Assembly (NCBI GenBank): GCA_964016885.1 | Contig: OZ024740.1 | Location: forward strand, 437,162,001 to 437,226,000 | Length of the DNA: 64,000 nucleotides | Reading direction: 5' to 3' | Source of the DNA: Eledone cirrhosa | Taxonomy: Eukaryota | In this document: positions 45,518 to 56,662 of the stretch, piece by piece | Layout: the number at the start of each line of letters is the position of its first letter | Numbering within the stretch: the first letter of the stretch is position 1 | Position numbers and translations under genes: made by a program | Notes under the pieces: generated by a model | The model's input: the letters and a program-made list of their open reading frames with translations, nothing else | Told to the model about the DNA's origin: nothing | The model's database searches: none

Positions 45518-47671
45518 ATGCGAAAACACAACATTGACTTCTCTACCAAGAACATCCCAATCCCACCGAAAAAACTTTACCTTCGGATGCTCACGCAAAA
45601 AATTGATCTATTTGCGAAAAGACTTAGATGGAGAACTTTTTTCTATGACAGATATTGCGACAACCAAGACTTCGGCACCAAGGAGAGATTCGGATTTATT
45701 ACCTACAAATCTCCGCCCCTGAACCCCTTGCTCGCACCCTTCGAGAATGACCTCTTCCAACTGGTCAAGAATATTAAATTTAAACCCAGACACAACCGAT
45801 TCCTACAAAAACTCCGTAGCAACTTAACAGAGTATGATAACACAAATGACATCATGGTGCATTCGGATAAAACTGGGAACCTATACTTTGTCAACCCTGA
45901 CAGATACCACACACTGATCAGGAGCAGCCTAAACTCCACCTATAAAAAGGCCAACCACTCTTGCATCGAGGACATAAATCGAGATGGACAACAAATCACC
46001 TCCAGCCTCGGGGTCGCCGACCGCACGGAACCTCTAGACCCACGGACACCATACTTCACACTGAAGGACCATAAATCCGATTTTGACCGTAAACCCTCCA
46101 TCAGGCTTATTAACCCAACGAAGTCCGACATAGGGAGAATCAGCAAAAAAATCCTAGACCGCGTGATACCAAAAGTCAAGCAACACACCCGACTTAGCCT
46201 ATGGATCAACACCCAGGAAGTAATCTCCTGGTTCAGCAATATGGAGGATAAACGAGAAACTAAATTCATACAGTTCGACATAGAGAGCTACTATGCTTCA
46301 ATCACCTTACCGCTACTTACTGCCGCCTTGGACTTCGCCGAAACACTCGTGCCCATCACCGACCAGGAAAGAAAAATCATCCTCCACGCCAGGAAGACAG
46401 TCTTACTCTTTGACGACTCTAAATGGATAAAAAGAGCTCCCGACTCACCCTTCGACGTCAGCATGGGCGCCACGGATTCGGCGGAGGTCACTGATCTTAT
46501 AGGATTATTCCTAATAGCCAAACTCACTGATATGTTTCCTGCATTCGGTGGTGGATTGTACCGTGATGATGGGCTCCTTACCCTTAAAGGGTACAACCCC
46601 AGTAGTACAGATCGGGTCCGGAAACAATTAATCAGATTCTTCCGCGACTGGGGATTTAAAATAACCCTACAAACGTCCCTGACCCGAGTAAACTTCCTGG
46701 ACGTAACCCTCGACCTCGAAAACGACCTGTACTACCCATACAGGAAACCTAATGACAATCTGCACTACATCCACCGCCGATCAAACCATCCTAGGAACAT
46801 CACAAACAACCTGGTCAAAAACATCTCCCTCCGCATATCCCGTTTGTCAGCTAATGAGCGGATATTCGATGAACATGCGCCTTATTACAACCAGGCCCTC
46901 AAGCGGAGTGGTTTCCGGGAGGAAATATCCTACTGTCCAGATCCCATTAGCGGAACCAGCAGGAGACACCGCCGCTCACGCAATGTAACATGGTTCAATC
47001 CTCCCCACAACGCAGAGGTGACTACTCCCATCGGGAAACTATTCTTTAGGCTCATTGAAAAACACTTCCCATTACAACACCGCTACCACAACATAATTAA
47101 CAAAAATACCATCAAACTCTCTTACAGCACTACACCAAACTTCGCACAAAACATCGTCTCCTCTAACAACAAAAAACTCAACCCCGATGGCAGAAATAAC
47201 CTAAATAGCAGTGGAGAACCGACCAGGAGGTGTAACTGCCCGGATAGATCTATTTGCCCACTCGACAATAGATGCAGAGACCGTAATGTGATCTACCAGT
47301 GCAACGTGAGGACGGATACCTCCAACAAAGCCTATATAGGACTTACCGCATGTGACTTCAAGACCCGGCTATACCAACATAGACATACCTTCCGAAACCC
47401 GGCCCGGCGTCACGCCACTACACTTTCGGGCCACATATGGGACCTCAAGGACAACAACATCACCTATGATCTCACTTGGAGATTACTGTCCAGAGCCAAT
47501 TCTTACACGGGAGGACGCCGTCCGTGCAATTTATGCTCGGAGGAAACTTTACAAATGCTGTTTTCGACGGACCAACTCCTAAACAAGAAAGATGAACTGG
47601 TTACTGCATGTAAACATAGATTGCGTAGGACTTACCTCGCCCTCAAACCCCATAATGACCCGGGGGGGTAG
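45518..47671 (+). CDS. PLE RT plus GIY-YIG, intact, 717 aa (copy 3, Pro variant)
   Basis: Protein identical to copy 1. Confidence 0.95.
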   Translation: MRKHNIDFSTKNIPIPPKKLYLRMLTQKIDLFAKRLRWRTFFYDRYCDNQDFGTKERFGFITYKSPPLNPLLAPFENDLFQLVKNIKFKPRHNRFLQKLRSNLTEYDNTNDIMVHSDKTGNLYFVNPDRYHTLIRSSLNSTYKKANHSCIEDINRDGQQITSSLGVADRTEPLDPRTPYFTLKDHKSDFDRKPSIRLINPTKSDIGRISKKILDRVIPKVKQHTRLSLWINTQEVISWFSNMEDKRETKFIQFDIESYYASITLPLLTAALDFAETLVPITDQERKIILHARKTVLLFDDSKWIKRAPDSPFDVSMGATDSAEVTDLIGLFLIAKLTDMFPAFGGGLYRDDGLLTLKGYNPSSTDRVRKQLIRFFRDWGFKITLQTSLTRVNFLDVTLDLENDLYYPYRKPNDNLHYIHRRSNHPRNITNNLVKNISLRISRLSANERIFDEHAPYYNQALKRSGFREEISYCPDPISGTSRRHRRSRNVTWFNPPHNAEVTTPIGKLFFRLIEKHFPLQHRYHNIINKNTIKLSYSTTPNFAQNIVSSNNKKLNPDGRNNLNSSGEPTRRCNCPDRSICPLDNRCRDRNVIYQCNVRTDTSNKAYIGLTACDFKTRLYQHRHTFRNPARRHATTLSGHIWDLKDNNITYDLTWRLLSRANSYTGGRRPCNLCSEETLQMLFSTDQLLNKKDELVTACKHRLRRTYLALKPHNDPGG

Positions 47672-48763
47672 ACTAGGGCTATAACACCCCAGTTGCCGAT
47701 TTTGCAATGGGTAACCCCTGCTTGCCAAGGAAGACGTAAGATCTTCTTTGTATTCTTTTATCGCATCCTTTATTTCCTTCCCCCCTCTCTCCTTTGTCCT
47801 TCTACCCCAGCTCTTCTCCTTTGTCGGCGTCTTTTCTCGCCCACCCGAGGCTGCCCTTTGGCCCCATGTAGCCTTAGTACCCCCACTCCCCCCTCCCCTA
47901 GTCTTTGATAGATTTGGCGGACTCCGCCCTTTATAGCAGTTGGCTTAGACCCCGGATACTTGCCCCCCTTTTCCGACCGCTCCCACTATTCTCTGTGCCC
48001 TCTATATTTCTTAGTGGCACTTATGCCTTATTTTTTCGTTTCAGTATTTCTTGCTTCGCTTTTCTTCTGGGCGGGGTGGATTCTGAACTTATTTCTCCGT
48101 ATTCTACCTTTATTTCGTACGAACTTTCATGTAGCTTGTTTTAGATCTTTTAGAGTTAGCATTAGTATATATTTTTCCCGGGACTCAGAATTATTATGTC
48201 GTACAAGTTCACTTTGCTGCACTGGGTCGTTGCTGGCCCGGGATGGAAACCTTTATTGTTTATTTCGTGGTAGTCTCTTTAGTATTTTGGCCCCTTTTGT
48301 TGACCAGTCACCGTATCATTTACGTACTTATACCTCTTAAAAGGGTCCTTGCCTAATTCGTCCCACCTAGTTCTTTTACTTATTTCCTTATTTATTTATT
48401 TATTTATTTATTTACTTCTTTCTTTCTTTCTTTATTTTATTCTCGCCTAACAATAGCCTGACACCTAGGTCGTAGAATTTAATTTTTTCTTTACACTTAT
48501 TTGCTTTTCTTCACTCTCAGTATTTTTTCTTTCCTATTTTTACCCCCCATTGTTCTACCTACCGTTCCGACTTCCTCCCCCTCCCCCTCCCCTGTATCTT
48601 CTTTGACCTCATGCCCAGCTGTAGCTGGCACTACCAACGCTTGATTGGGTCTACTCCACCCCCTCCCCTCTTTCTCCTACTGGCAGGTTTAGCCACCATC
48701 TCCCCTACTAATTTGCAACCACAGAATTACTACTGATTTTTGACAATCACTTTGACCATATAT

Positions 48764-48875
48764 GGAATTACCCCTTGAGAAGATCGGCTATTTAAATACC
48801 AGGATAAATGTTCATTTAGTCCAGAATTAGCCGTCGAAACGGCTTGAGCTCAGCTGTCGGGGTCTTACTGGTTCC
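48764..48875 (+). ncRNA. Hammerhead ribozyme, U3-A8 variant (copy)
   Basis: Identical to 38171-38282, offset +10593. Confidence 0.78.
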
Positions 48876-49048
48876 TATTACCCACTCTACTACCTCAAGT
48901 ATTGAGTACTTTGGTGCGTTATGGTCCACCTGGTTCCTTACCACATTTCCTTCGTTATCTAGCTCCTACTCCCGTAGTAGAGCACTTTCCGACCCTACCA
49001 CGCCGTATCCAGACTTTTCCGCTAAGCTCAATTCATTTCACCCGCACC

Positions 49049-51202
49049 ATGCGAAAACACAACATTGACTTCTCTACCAAGAACATCCCAATCCCACCGA
49101 AAAAACTTTACCTTCGGATGCTCACGCAAAAAATTGATCTATTTGCGAAAAGACTTAGATGGAGAACTTTTTTCTATGACAGATATTGCGACAACCAAGA
49201 CTTCGGCACCAAGGAGAGATTCGGATTTATTACCTACAAATCTCCGCCCCTGAACCCCTTGCTCGCACCCTTCGAGAATGACCTCTTCCAACTGGTCAAG
49301 AATATTAAATTTAAACCCAGACACAACCGATTCCTACAAAAACTCCGTAGCAACTTAACAGAGTATGATAACACAAATGACATCATGGTGCATTCGGATA
49401 AAACTGGGAACCTATACTTTGTCAACCCTGACAGATACCACACACTGATCAGGAGCAGCCTAAACTCCACCTATAAAAAGGCCAACCACTCTTGCATCGA
49501 GGACATAAATCGAGATGGACAACAAATCACCTCCAGCCTCGGGGTCGCCGACCGCACGGAACCTCTAGACCCACGGACACCATACTTCACACTGAAGGAC
49601 CATAAATCCGATTTTGACCGTAAACCCTCCATCAGGCTTATTAACCCAACGAAGTCCGACATAGGGAGAATCAGCAAAAAAATCCTAGACCGCGTGATAC
49701 TAAAAGTCAAGCAACACACCCGACTTAGCCTATGGATCAACACCCAGGAAGTAATCTCCTGGTTCAGCAATATGGAGGATAAACGAGAAACTAAATTCAT
49801 ACAGTTCGACATAGAGAGCTACTATGCTTCAATCACCTTACCGCTACTTACTGCCGCCTTGGACTTCGCCGAAACACTCGTGCCCATCACCGACCAGGAA
49901 AGAAAAATCATCCTCCACGCCAGGAAGACAGTCTTACTCTTTGACGACTCTAAATGGATAAAAAGAGCTCCCGACTCACCCTTCGACGTCAGCATGGGCG
50001 CCACGGATTCGGCGGAGGTCACTGATCTTATAGGATTATTCCTAATAGCCAAACTCACTGATATGTTTCCTGCATTCGGTGGTGGATTGTACCGTGATGA
50101 TGGGCTCCTTACCCTTAAAGGGTACAACCCCAGTAGTACAGATCGGGTCCGGAAACAATTAATCAGATTCTTCCGCGACTGGGGATTTAAAATAACCCTA
50201 CAAACGTCCCTGACCCGAGTAAACTTCCTGGACGTAACCCTCGACCTCGAAAACGACCTGTACTACCCATACAGGAAACCTAATGACAATCTGCACTACA
50301 TCCACCGCCGATCAAACCATCCTAGGAACATCACAAACAACCTGGTCAAAAACATCTCCCTCCGCATATCCCGTTTGTCAGCTAATGAGCGGATATTCGA
50401 TGAACATGCGCCTTATTACAACCAGGCCCTCAAGCGGAGTGGTTTCCGGGAGGAAATATCCTACTGTCCAGATCCCATTAGCGGAACCAGCAGGAGACAC
50501 CGCCGCTCACGCAATGTAACATGGTTCAATCCTCCCCACAACGCAGAGGTGACTACTCCCATCGGGAAACTATTCTTTAGGCTCATTGAAAAACACTTCC
50601 CATTACAACACCGCTACCACAACATAATTAACAAAAATACCATCAAACTCTCTTACAGCACTACACCAAACTTCGCACAAAACATCGTCTCCTCTAACAA
50701 CAAAAAACTCAACCCCGATGGCAGAAATAACCTAAATAGCAGTGGAGAACCGACCAGGAGGTGTAACTGCCCGGATAGATCTATTTGCCCACTCGACAAT
50801 AGATGCAGAGACCGTAATGTGATCTACCAGTGCAACGTGAGGACGGATACCTCCAACAAAGCCTATATAGGACTTACCGCATGTGACTTCAAGACCCGGC
50901 TATACCAACATAGACATACCTTCCGAAACCCGGCCCGGCGTCACGCCACTACACTTTCGGGCCACATATGGGACCTCAAGGACAACAACATCACCTATGA
51001 TCTCACTTGGAGATTACTGTCCAGAGCCAATTCTTACACGGGAGGACGCCGTCCGTGCAATTTATGCTCGGAGGAAACTTTACAAATGCTGTTTTCGACG
51101 GACCAACTCCTAAACAAGAAAGATGAACTGGTTACTGCATGTAAACATAGATTGCGTAGGACTTACCTCGCCCTCAAACCCCATAATGACCCGGGGGGGT
51201 AG
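49049..51202 (+). CDS. PLE RT plus GIY-YIG, intact, 717 aa (copy 4, Leu variant)
   Basis: Protein identical to copy 2 (T at 49701). Confidence 0.95.
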   Translation: MRKHNIDFSTKNIPIPPKKLYLRMLTQKIDLFAKRLRWRTFFYDRYCDNQDFGTKERFGFITYKSPPLNPLLAPFENDLFQLVKNIKFKPRHNRFLQKLRSNLTEYDNTNDIMVHSDKTGNLYFVNPDRYHTLIRSSLNSTYKKANHSCIEDINRDGQQITSSLGVADRTEPLDPRTPYFTLKDHKSDFDRKPSIRLINPTKSDIGRISKKILDRVILKVKQHTRLSLWINTQEVISWFSNMEDKRETKFIQFDIESYYASITLPLLTAALDFAETLVPITDQERKIILHARKTVLLFDDSKWIKRAPDSPFDVSMGATDSAEVTDLIGLFLIAKLTDMFPAFGGGLYRDDGLLTLKGYNPSSTDRVRKQLIRFFRDWGFKITLQTSLTRVNFLDVTLDLENDLYYPYRKPNDNLHYIHRRSNHPRNITNNLVKNISLRISRLSANERIFDEHAPYYNQALKRSGFREEISYCPDPISGTSRRHRRSRNVTWFNPPHNAEVTTPIGKLFFRLIEKHFPLQHRYHNIINKNTIKLSYSTTPNFAQNIVSSNNKKLNPDGRNNLNSSGEPTRRCNCPDRSICPLDNRCRDRNVIYQCNVRTDTSNKAYIGLTACDFKTRLYQHRHTFRNPARRHATTLSGHIWDLKDNNITYDLTWRLLSRANSYTGGRRPCNLCSEETLQMLFSTDQLLNKKDELVTACKHRLRRTYLALKPHNDPGG

Positions 51203-52294
51203 ACTAGGGCTATAACACCCCAGTTGCCGATTTTGCAATGGGTAACCCCTGCTTGCCAAGGAAGACGTAAGATCTTCTTTGTATTCTTTTATCGCATCCT
51301 TTATTTCCTTCCCCCCTCTCTCCTTTGTCCTTCTACCCCAGCTCTTCTCCTTTGTCGGCGTCTTTTCTCGCCCACCCGAGGCTGCCCTTTGGCCCCATGT
51401 AGCCTTAGTACCCCCACTCCCCCCTCCCCTAGTCTTTGATAGATTTGGCGGACTCCGCCCTTTATAGCAGTTGGCTTAGACCCCGGATACTTGCCCCCCT
51501 TTTCCGACCGCTCCCACTATTCTCTGTGCCCTCTATATTTCTTAGTGGCACTTATGCCTTATTTTTTCGTTTCAGTATTTCTTGCTTCGCTTTTCTTCTG
51601 GGCGGGGTGGATTCTGAACTTATTTCTCCGTATTCTACCTTTATTTCGTACGAACTTTCATGTAGCTTGTTTTAGATCTTTTAGAGTTAGCATTAGTATA
51701 TATTTTTCCCGGGACTCAGAATTATTATGTCGTACAAGTTCACTTTGCTGCACTGGGTCGTTGCTGGCCCGGGATGGAAACCTTTATTGTTTATTTCGTG
51801 GTAGTCTCTTTAGTATTTTGGCCCCTTTTGTTGACCAGTCACCGTATCATTTACGTACTTATACCTCTTAAAAGGGTCCTTGCCTAATTCGTCCCACCTA
51901 GTTCTTTTACTTATTTCCTTATTTATTTATTTATTTATTTATTTACTTCTTTCTTTCTTTCTTTATTTTATTCTCGCCTAACAATAGCCTGACACCTAGG
52001 TCGTAGAATTTAATTTTTTCTTTACACTTATTTGCTTTTCTTCACTCTCAGTATTTTTTCTTTCCTATTTTTACCCCCCATTGTTCTACCTACCGTTCCG
52101 ACTTCCTCCCCCTCCCCCTCCCCTGTATCTTCTTTGACCTCATGCCCAGCTGTAGCTGGCACTACCAACGCTTGATTGGGTCTACTCCACCCCCTCCCCT
52201 CTTTCTCCTACTGGCAGGTTTAGCCACCATCTCCCCTACTAATTTGCAACCACAGAATTACTACTGATTTTTGACAATCACTTTGACCATATAT

Positions 52295-52406
52295 GGAATT
52301 ACCCCTTGAGAAGATCGGCTATTTAAATACCAGGATAAATGTTCATTTAGTCCAGAATTAGCCGTCGAAACGGCTTGAGCTCAGCTGTCGGGGTCTTACT
52401 GGTTCC
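52295..52406 (+). ncRNA. Hammerhead ribozyme, U3-A8 variant (terminal copy; the array ends at its last base)
   Basis: ...GTC GGGGT CTTACT GGTTCC is followed after one C by (AT)n. Confidence 0.78.
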
Positions 52407-52459
52407 CATATATATATATATATATATTATATCAACTAGAAATTGATTGACATATATAT

Positions 52460-54235
52460 ATTTAAAATAAATCTTGATATGGAACTTAAAATCCAAAAAT
52501 AGAGACTATTCTTTAACTTGGAATGTAATTTAAAAAAACACCCGCTTACAGAAATACAGCTTTATCCAAATTTTGCAATTTGTGTATTGAGGAAATTTTC
52601 TTCATACTTAAATGTAAGAACTCCATTAATTTACGTAACAATTTATTTAGTTCTTGTAAACATCGCCAAAACTCAACTTTTAGATCTATATATAAAATAT
52701 AATTACACGTTTAATCTTTTCTACATAATGTTTACTTTATCCAAACACCTATAATTTCATTTTTTAAATTATATGCATATATCTTCATAAATTCTAAATC
52801 TTTAAATTTAAATTTAATGTAATTCTAATTTTAATATCTTTTATTTCTTAAATATATATAATTTACTTCTTAAATATTTACTTTTTAATATTTTTACTTC
52901 TTAAATATCTTTATTTTTCATCTTTACTTATTTTACTTCCAAAATATCTCATAATCCTTTTAGAAAAATTACTTTAAAATTTTTTTTTTTTAAATTTACT
53001 TATTTCAAAAAATATTATTTTTTAAAGTATTATTTGGGTTATCGTAATATGTTTAATGTATTTTTTAGTATTTTTCCAATATTTTTAAATACTTTTAAAT
53101 ATTTTTAAATATTTTTAAATATTTCTTAATATTTCTTTATATTTTCTGAATAATTTTAGGTTTTTAATTATATTTCCTAAATTTTATGTTTTTAATTAAT
53201 TTTAAACAATTTTTAAACGTTTTTAAAAGGTTTTTGAGTATCTTCGGAGTTTTTTTTAGATGTTTTAAAAATCTCTTTGAAAGTTTTTCCCAGGAATTTT
53301 CAAGAATTGTGTCTAGAATTTTTAATATTTTATAATCTTAATTTTTAAATTCTTTTTAATATTTTCTTATACTTTTAATAATTTGTAATTTTTTAATTAC
53401 TTAATATTAGAGTTATAACCAATAACGAACTCTGGCTAAATATATCTTTAAACATATCTTTGTCAAAATTATCTCATAATAACTAATAAATAAACAAAAC
53501 TGCGATTTTCAATATTTTTCCAATGTAAAACATTAAAAACATGTAAGTAATCTTATTACTTACACTATATATAAACTAGTATCCCTTAATTTATCATCTA
53601 TAACATGATATACTCATCTATCCACTCATATATCTATCCTTATATCTATATTTTATCCTATGCCTCTACTTCATATTTATCTTAAATCTATTTTTTTAAA
53701 TATTTTAATATATTTTAATATATCTTTATTTTTTCTATATATCTAATTTTCTATATACTTATAATAGTAAATAAATATTTATTATAATAGAATTCTAACA
53801 ATTATTAGTAAATATACGTAACATAAATATGTAACATAAATATAAGACTTATTTACGTTAAACGAGCTCATCATCGGATAAGCTTCTTTCTTCGCTCTTT
53901 CTTCATTCTATTTCTTCACTCTATTTCTACATATATTGATATTTTCTCTCTCTTCTTCCCACAGCATAATTTAAATAAACGGTTGTTTTTTTTCAATTTT
54001 TCGGATATTCATTTGCATATTCACACATAACTTTGAATTACCCTTAATAAATTTTCACTATCCAGCGAATTTTCAACCGTCAAGGTTGTTTTCCATGGTT
54101 TTGTCACTATTTAGGAAACAAATTTTGTATTTTATCTGATGAAAGGGCACCAAGGTTGGCTTGGTTGCCCTTGAAATATATATAATAAAATAATTATGGT
54201 TTTATAAATATAGTTTCCATTTATTAATATATTAA
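52460..54235 (+). mobile_element. 5'-truncated decayed PLE (EN C-terminus, 1.4-kb AT-rich UTR, hammerhead)
   Basis: Manual translation from 52474: LIWNLKSKNRDYSLTWNVI* ... CNLCIEEIFFILKCKNSINLRNNLFSSCKHR, homologous to HIWDLK...TW...CNLCSEE...CKHR of the array protein. Confidence 0.8.
54128..54192 (+). ncRNA. Type I hammerhead ribozyme, canonical core
   Basis: TATTTTAT-CTGATGA-AAGGGCA CCAAG gttgg CTTGG t TGCCCTT-GAAA-TATAT ATA^ATAAAATA. Perfect 8-bp stem I and palindromic TA stem III. Confidence 0.85.
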
Positions 54236-54237
54236 TT

Positions 54238-54345
54238 GTTTCTACTTTAGGCACAAGGCCAGCAATTACCCAGTGCATTATTGGTACTTTATTTTATCGA
54301 CCCTGTAAGGATGAAAGGCAAAGTCAACCTTGGCGGGATTTTATT
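54238..54345 (-). mobile_element. SINE fragment (same family as at 18.5 kb)
   Basis: TTTCTACT..AGGCACAAGGCCAGCAAT...TGGTACTTTATTTTATCGACCC...GGATGAAAGGCAAAGTC. Confidence 0.65.
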
Positions 54346-54453
54346 AATATATTAATATATTGAATATATACTCCAGTTATCGGTTGAGTGCTCTATATCA
54401 GTTATAAACTTTTAGGTTAGTTGGAATCCCAACAAATTAAATATAACTTCTGC

Positions 54454-54455
54454 AT

Positions 54456-54496
<41 letters not shown>

Positions 54497-54515
54497 CAAA
54501 TATATATATATATAT

Positions 54516-54568
<53 letters not shown>

Positions 54569-54695
54569 AATATATATACAAATATATATATATATATACA
54601 AATATATATACAAATATATATATATATATACAAATATATATATACAAATATATATATATATACAAATATATATATATATACAAATATATATATAT

Positions 54696-54732
<37 letters not shown>

Positions 54733-54793
54733 AATATATATATATATATATACAAATATATATATATATACAAATATATATATATATACAAAT

Positions 54794-54866
<73 letters not shown>
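54454..54866. repeat. (TA)n with periodic CAAA interruptions
   Basis: Direct reading. Confidence 0.95.
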
Positions 54867-54869
<3 letters not shown>

Positions 54870-54909
54870 GTAAACATGTAAGTATGTTTTTGAAACGGTG
54901 CGCGAGTTT

Positions 54910-55124
54910 GAAATTAGAAATTATAAGCTTTCACCGTATTTTAGACTAAAGAAATTTCTAGCCTGATAGTGGGGTTTATAACCCTGGGAGAAATGGAAAA
55001 AGATGAGTGTTGCCGTACATGGGAGCAACACTCATATTTTTCCATTTCTCCGAGCGTTATAAACCCCACTATCAGGCTAGAAATTTTTTTAGTCTAAAAT
55101 ACGGTGAAAGCTTATAATTTCTAA

Positions 55125-55128
<4 letters not shown>
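54910..55128. repeat. Palindrome (about 104-bp arms, 11-nt loop) of an interspersed repeat also present at 29875-30020
   Basis: Arms GAAATTAGAAA...GAGTGTTGC / GCAACACTC...TTTCTAATTTC. Flanked by (TA)n. Confidence 0.9.
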
Positions 55129-55189
<61 letters not shown>

Positions 55190-55272
55190 GAAATATTGAA
55201 CAGGGACAGAACAGAGAGGCAGTACAATAAATGTTTATTAAATTCACGCTCAGGAGAGTGGGGGGTAGGTGG

Positions 55273-55310
55273 GGGACGACGTTTCGGGCATAAGCCCTTC
55301 TTCAGGTGAG
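55273..55310 (-). ncRNA. Minimal hammerhead motif of the PLE pLTR
   Basis: Minus strand: CAC-CTGAAGA-A-GGGC ttat GCCC-GAAA-CGTC-GTC. Palindromic ACGT stem III. Stem I is weak. Confidence 0.65.
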
Positions 55311-55627
55311 AAGTGTGTGGGAACAGAGTTCAAAAGGTGTGTAGGGGAGTGGTGGAGAGACATATAGCGAAAGGAAACGGTGCGAATGAAAAATTAACAA
55401 ATAAAGACAAAAAATATAATAAATAAAAATAAAGCATGATCAAAATACAAGGAATGAGAAAATTTAAAAATAAAGGCATGATCAAAATAAACTGAAATTA
55501 AAAGGGGGGTAAACAGGTGGTGGAAGGGTGTGGGGTGAGTAGGGGTGCTGGCGGGTGGAGTGGGGAGAGGGAGACGGGGTGTCCGAGCGGGGAGGGCTGA
55601 AGGTGGTGTGTGTGGTTAGGTGTGCGC

Positions 55628-55658
<31 letters not shown>

Positions 55659-56662
55659 AAAGTGAGGGTTGGGGGAAGAACGGGGTTGCATGTTCAGGAA
55701 GGTGTGTGTGAGGGGTGTTTTTGTGGGTCGGAGTGTCTGTGCGTGTGTGGATAGGGGGTGGGGGGAGAGGAATCAGGAGGCTGAGGGTTTAAATATGTGG
55801 TGGGAAGCACGTGTGTGTGGTTTAAGCGTGTTGTGGGTGTGGGTGGCGTGTGGATAAAAAAAAATTGTTTGGGGGGTGTGTGTGTGGGTGAGTTATATAG
55901 GTCATGGTGTAAGAGGATGGTTGAAAAGTTGGTAAGTTCCACGGATGTTTGGAGATTTTGGTTAGAAGTCAATTTCGCGTGTGGGTAATCCAAGAAGCGG
56001 TGGTCGGAAGAGGAGAGGTGTGGGGTGCGCGCGCAACAGGAAGTGGTCAGCAGTGGGAGTGCTGTGGTCAGTTGGTGCTGAGAGGTGGTCGGAAGGGCAT
56101 AGCAGCAGTCGGCGGAATGGTAGGGAGGCGAGGATGGGTAGGTGTGAGAGTTGGAGTGAGGAGGGTGTGTGTGTGTGTGTGTGTATTAGTAGGGGTGTTA
56201 GTGGGATGAGTGAGTGTGGAGCGGGGAGAGAAGGGTGTGTGTGGTGTTGGAGGGAGTGTGGTCTACTGGTGTGTGTGTAGTTTGGTGAAGAGGTGTTAGT
56301 GGGTGTTAGTATACGGGAGATGGATAGGGGTGGAATGCAGGTGTGAGTGGGGGTTAGTGGTGGTAGGGTGTGTAGAGTTGGTGGTGTACGAGGGTGTGTG
56401 GGTACGTGTGCGTGGGGTTGGGGGGTGTTAGTGATGTTAGTTGCGTGTGGGGTGGGGGTGTAAGTGGGTGCGTGTGTACGTGTGATAAGGAGGGGGGAGG
56501 AGAAGAGGGGAGGGATGGGATGTTAGTATGTTAGTTGGGGAAGGGTGGTCAGATGAGGGGTGGAGTGGAGGTGTTAGTATTGTTAGTGTGGGGTGGGCGG
56601 TGAAAAGGAGGGGTGTGTTAGTGGTGTTAGTGGGGGATAAGTGTGGGGGGGGGGGTCGAACG

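Noticed and set aside
55480-56660. True telomeric array
   Set aside because: G-rich with TTAG motifs but no tandem TTAGGG run. It is the antisense of a PLE 3' UTR.
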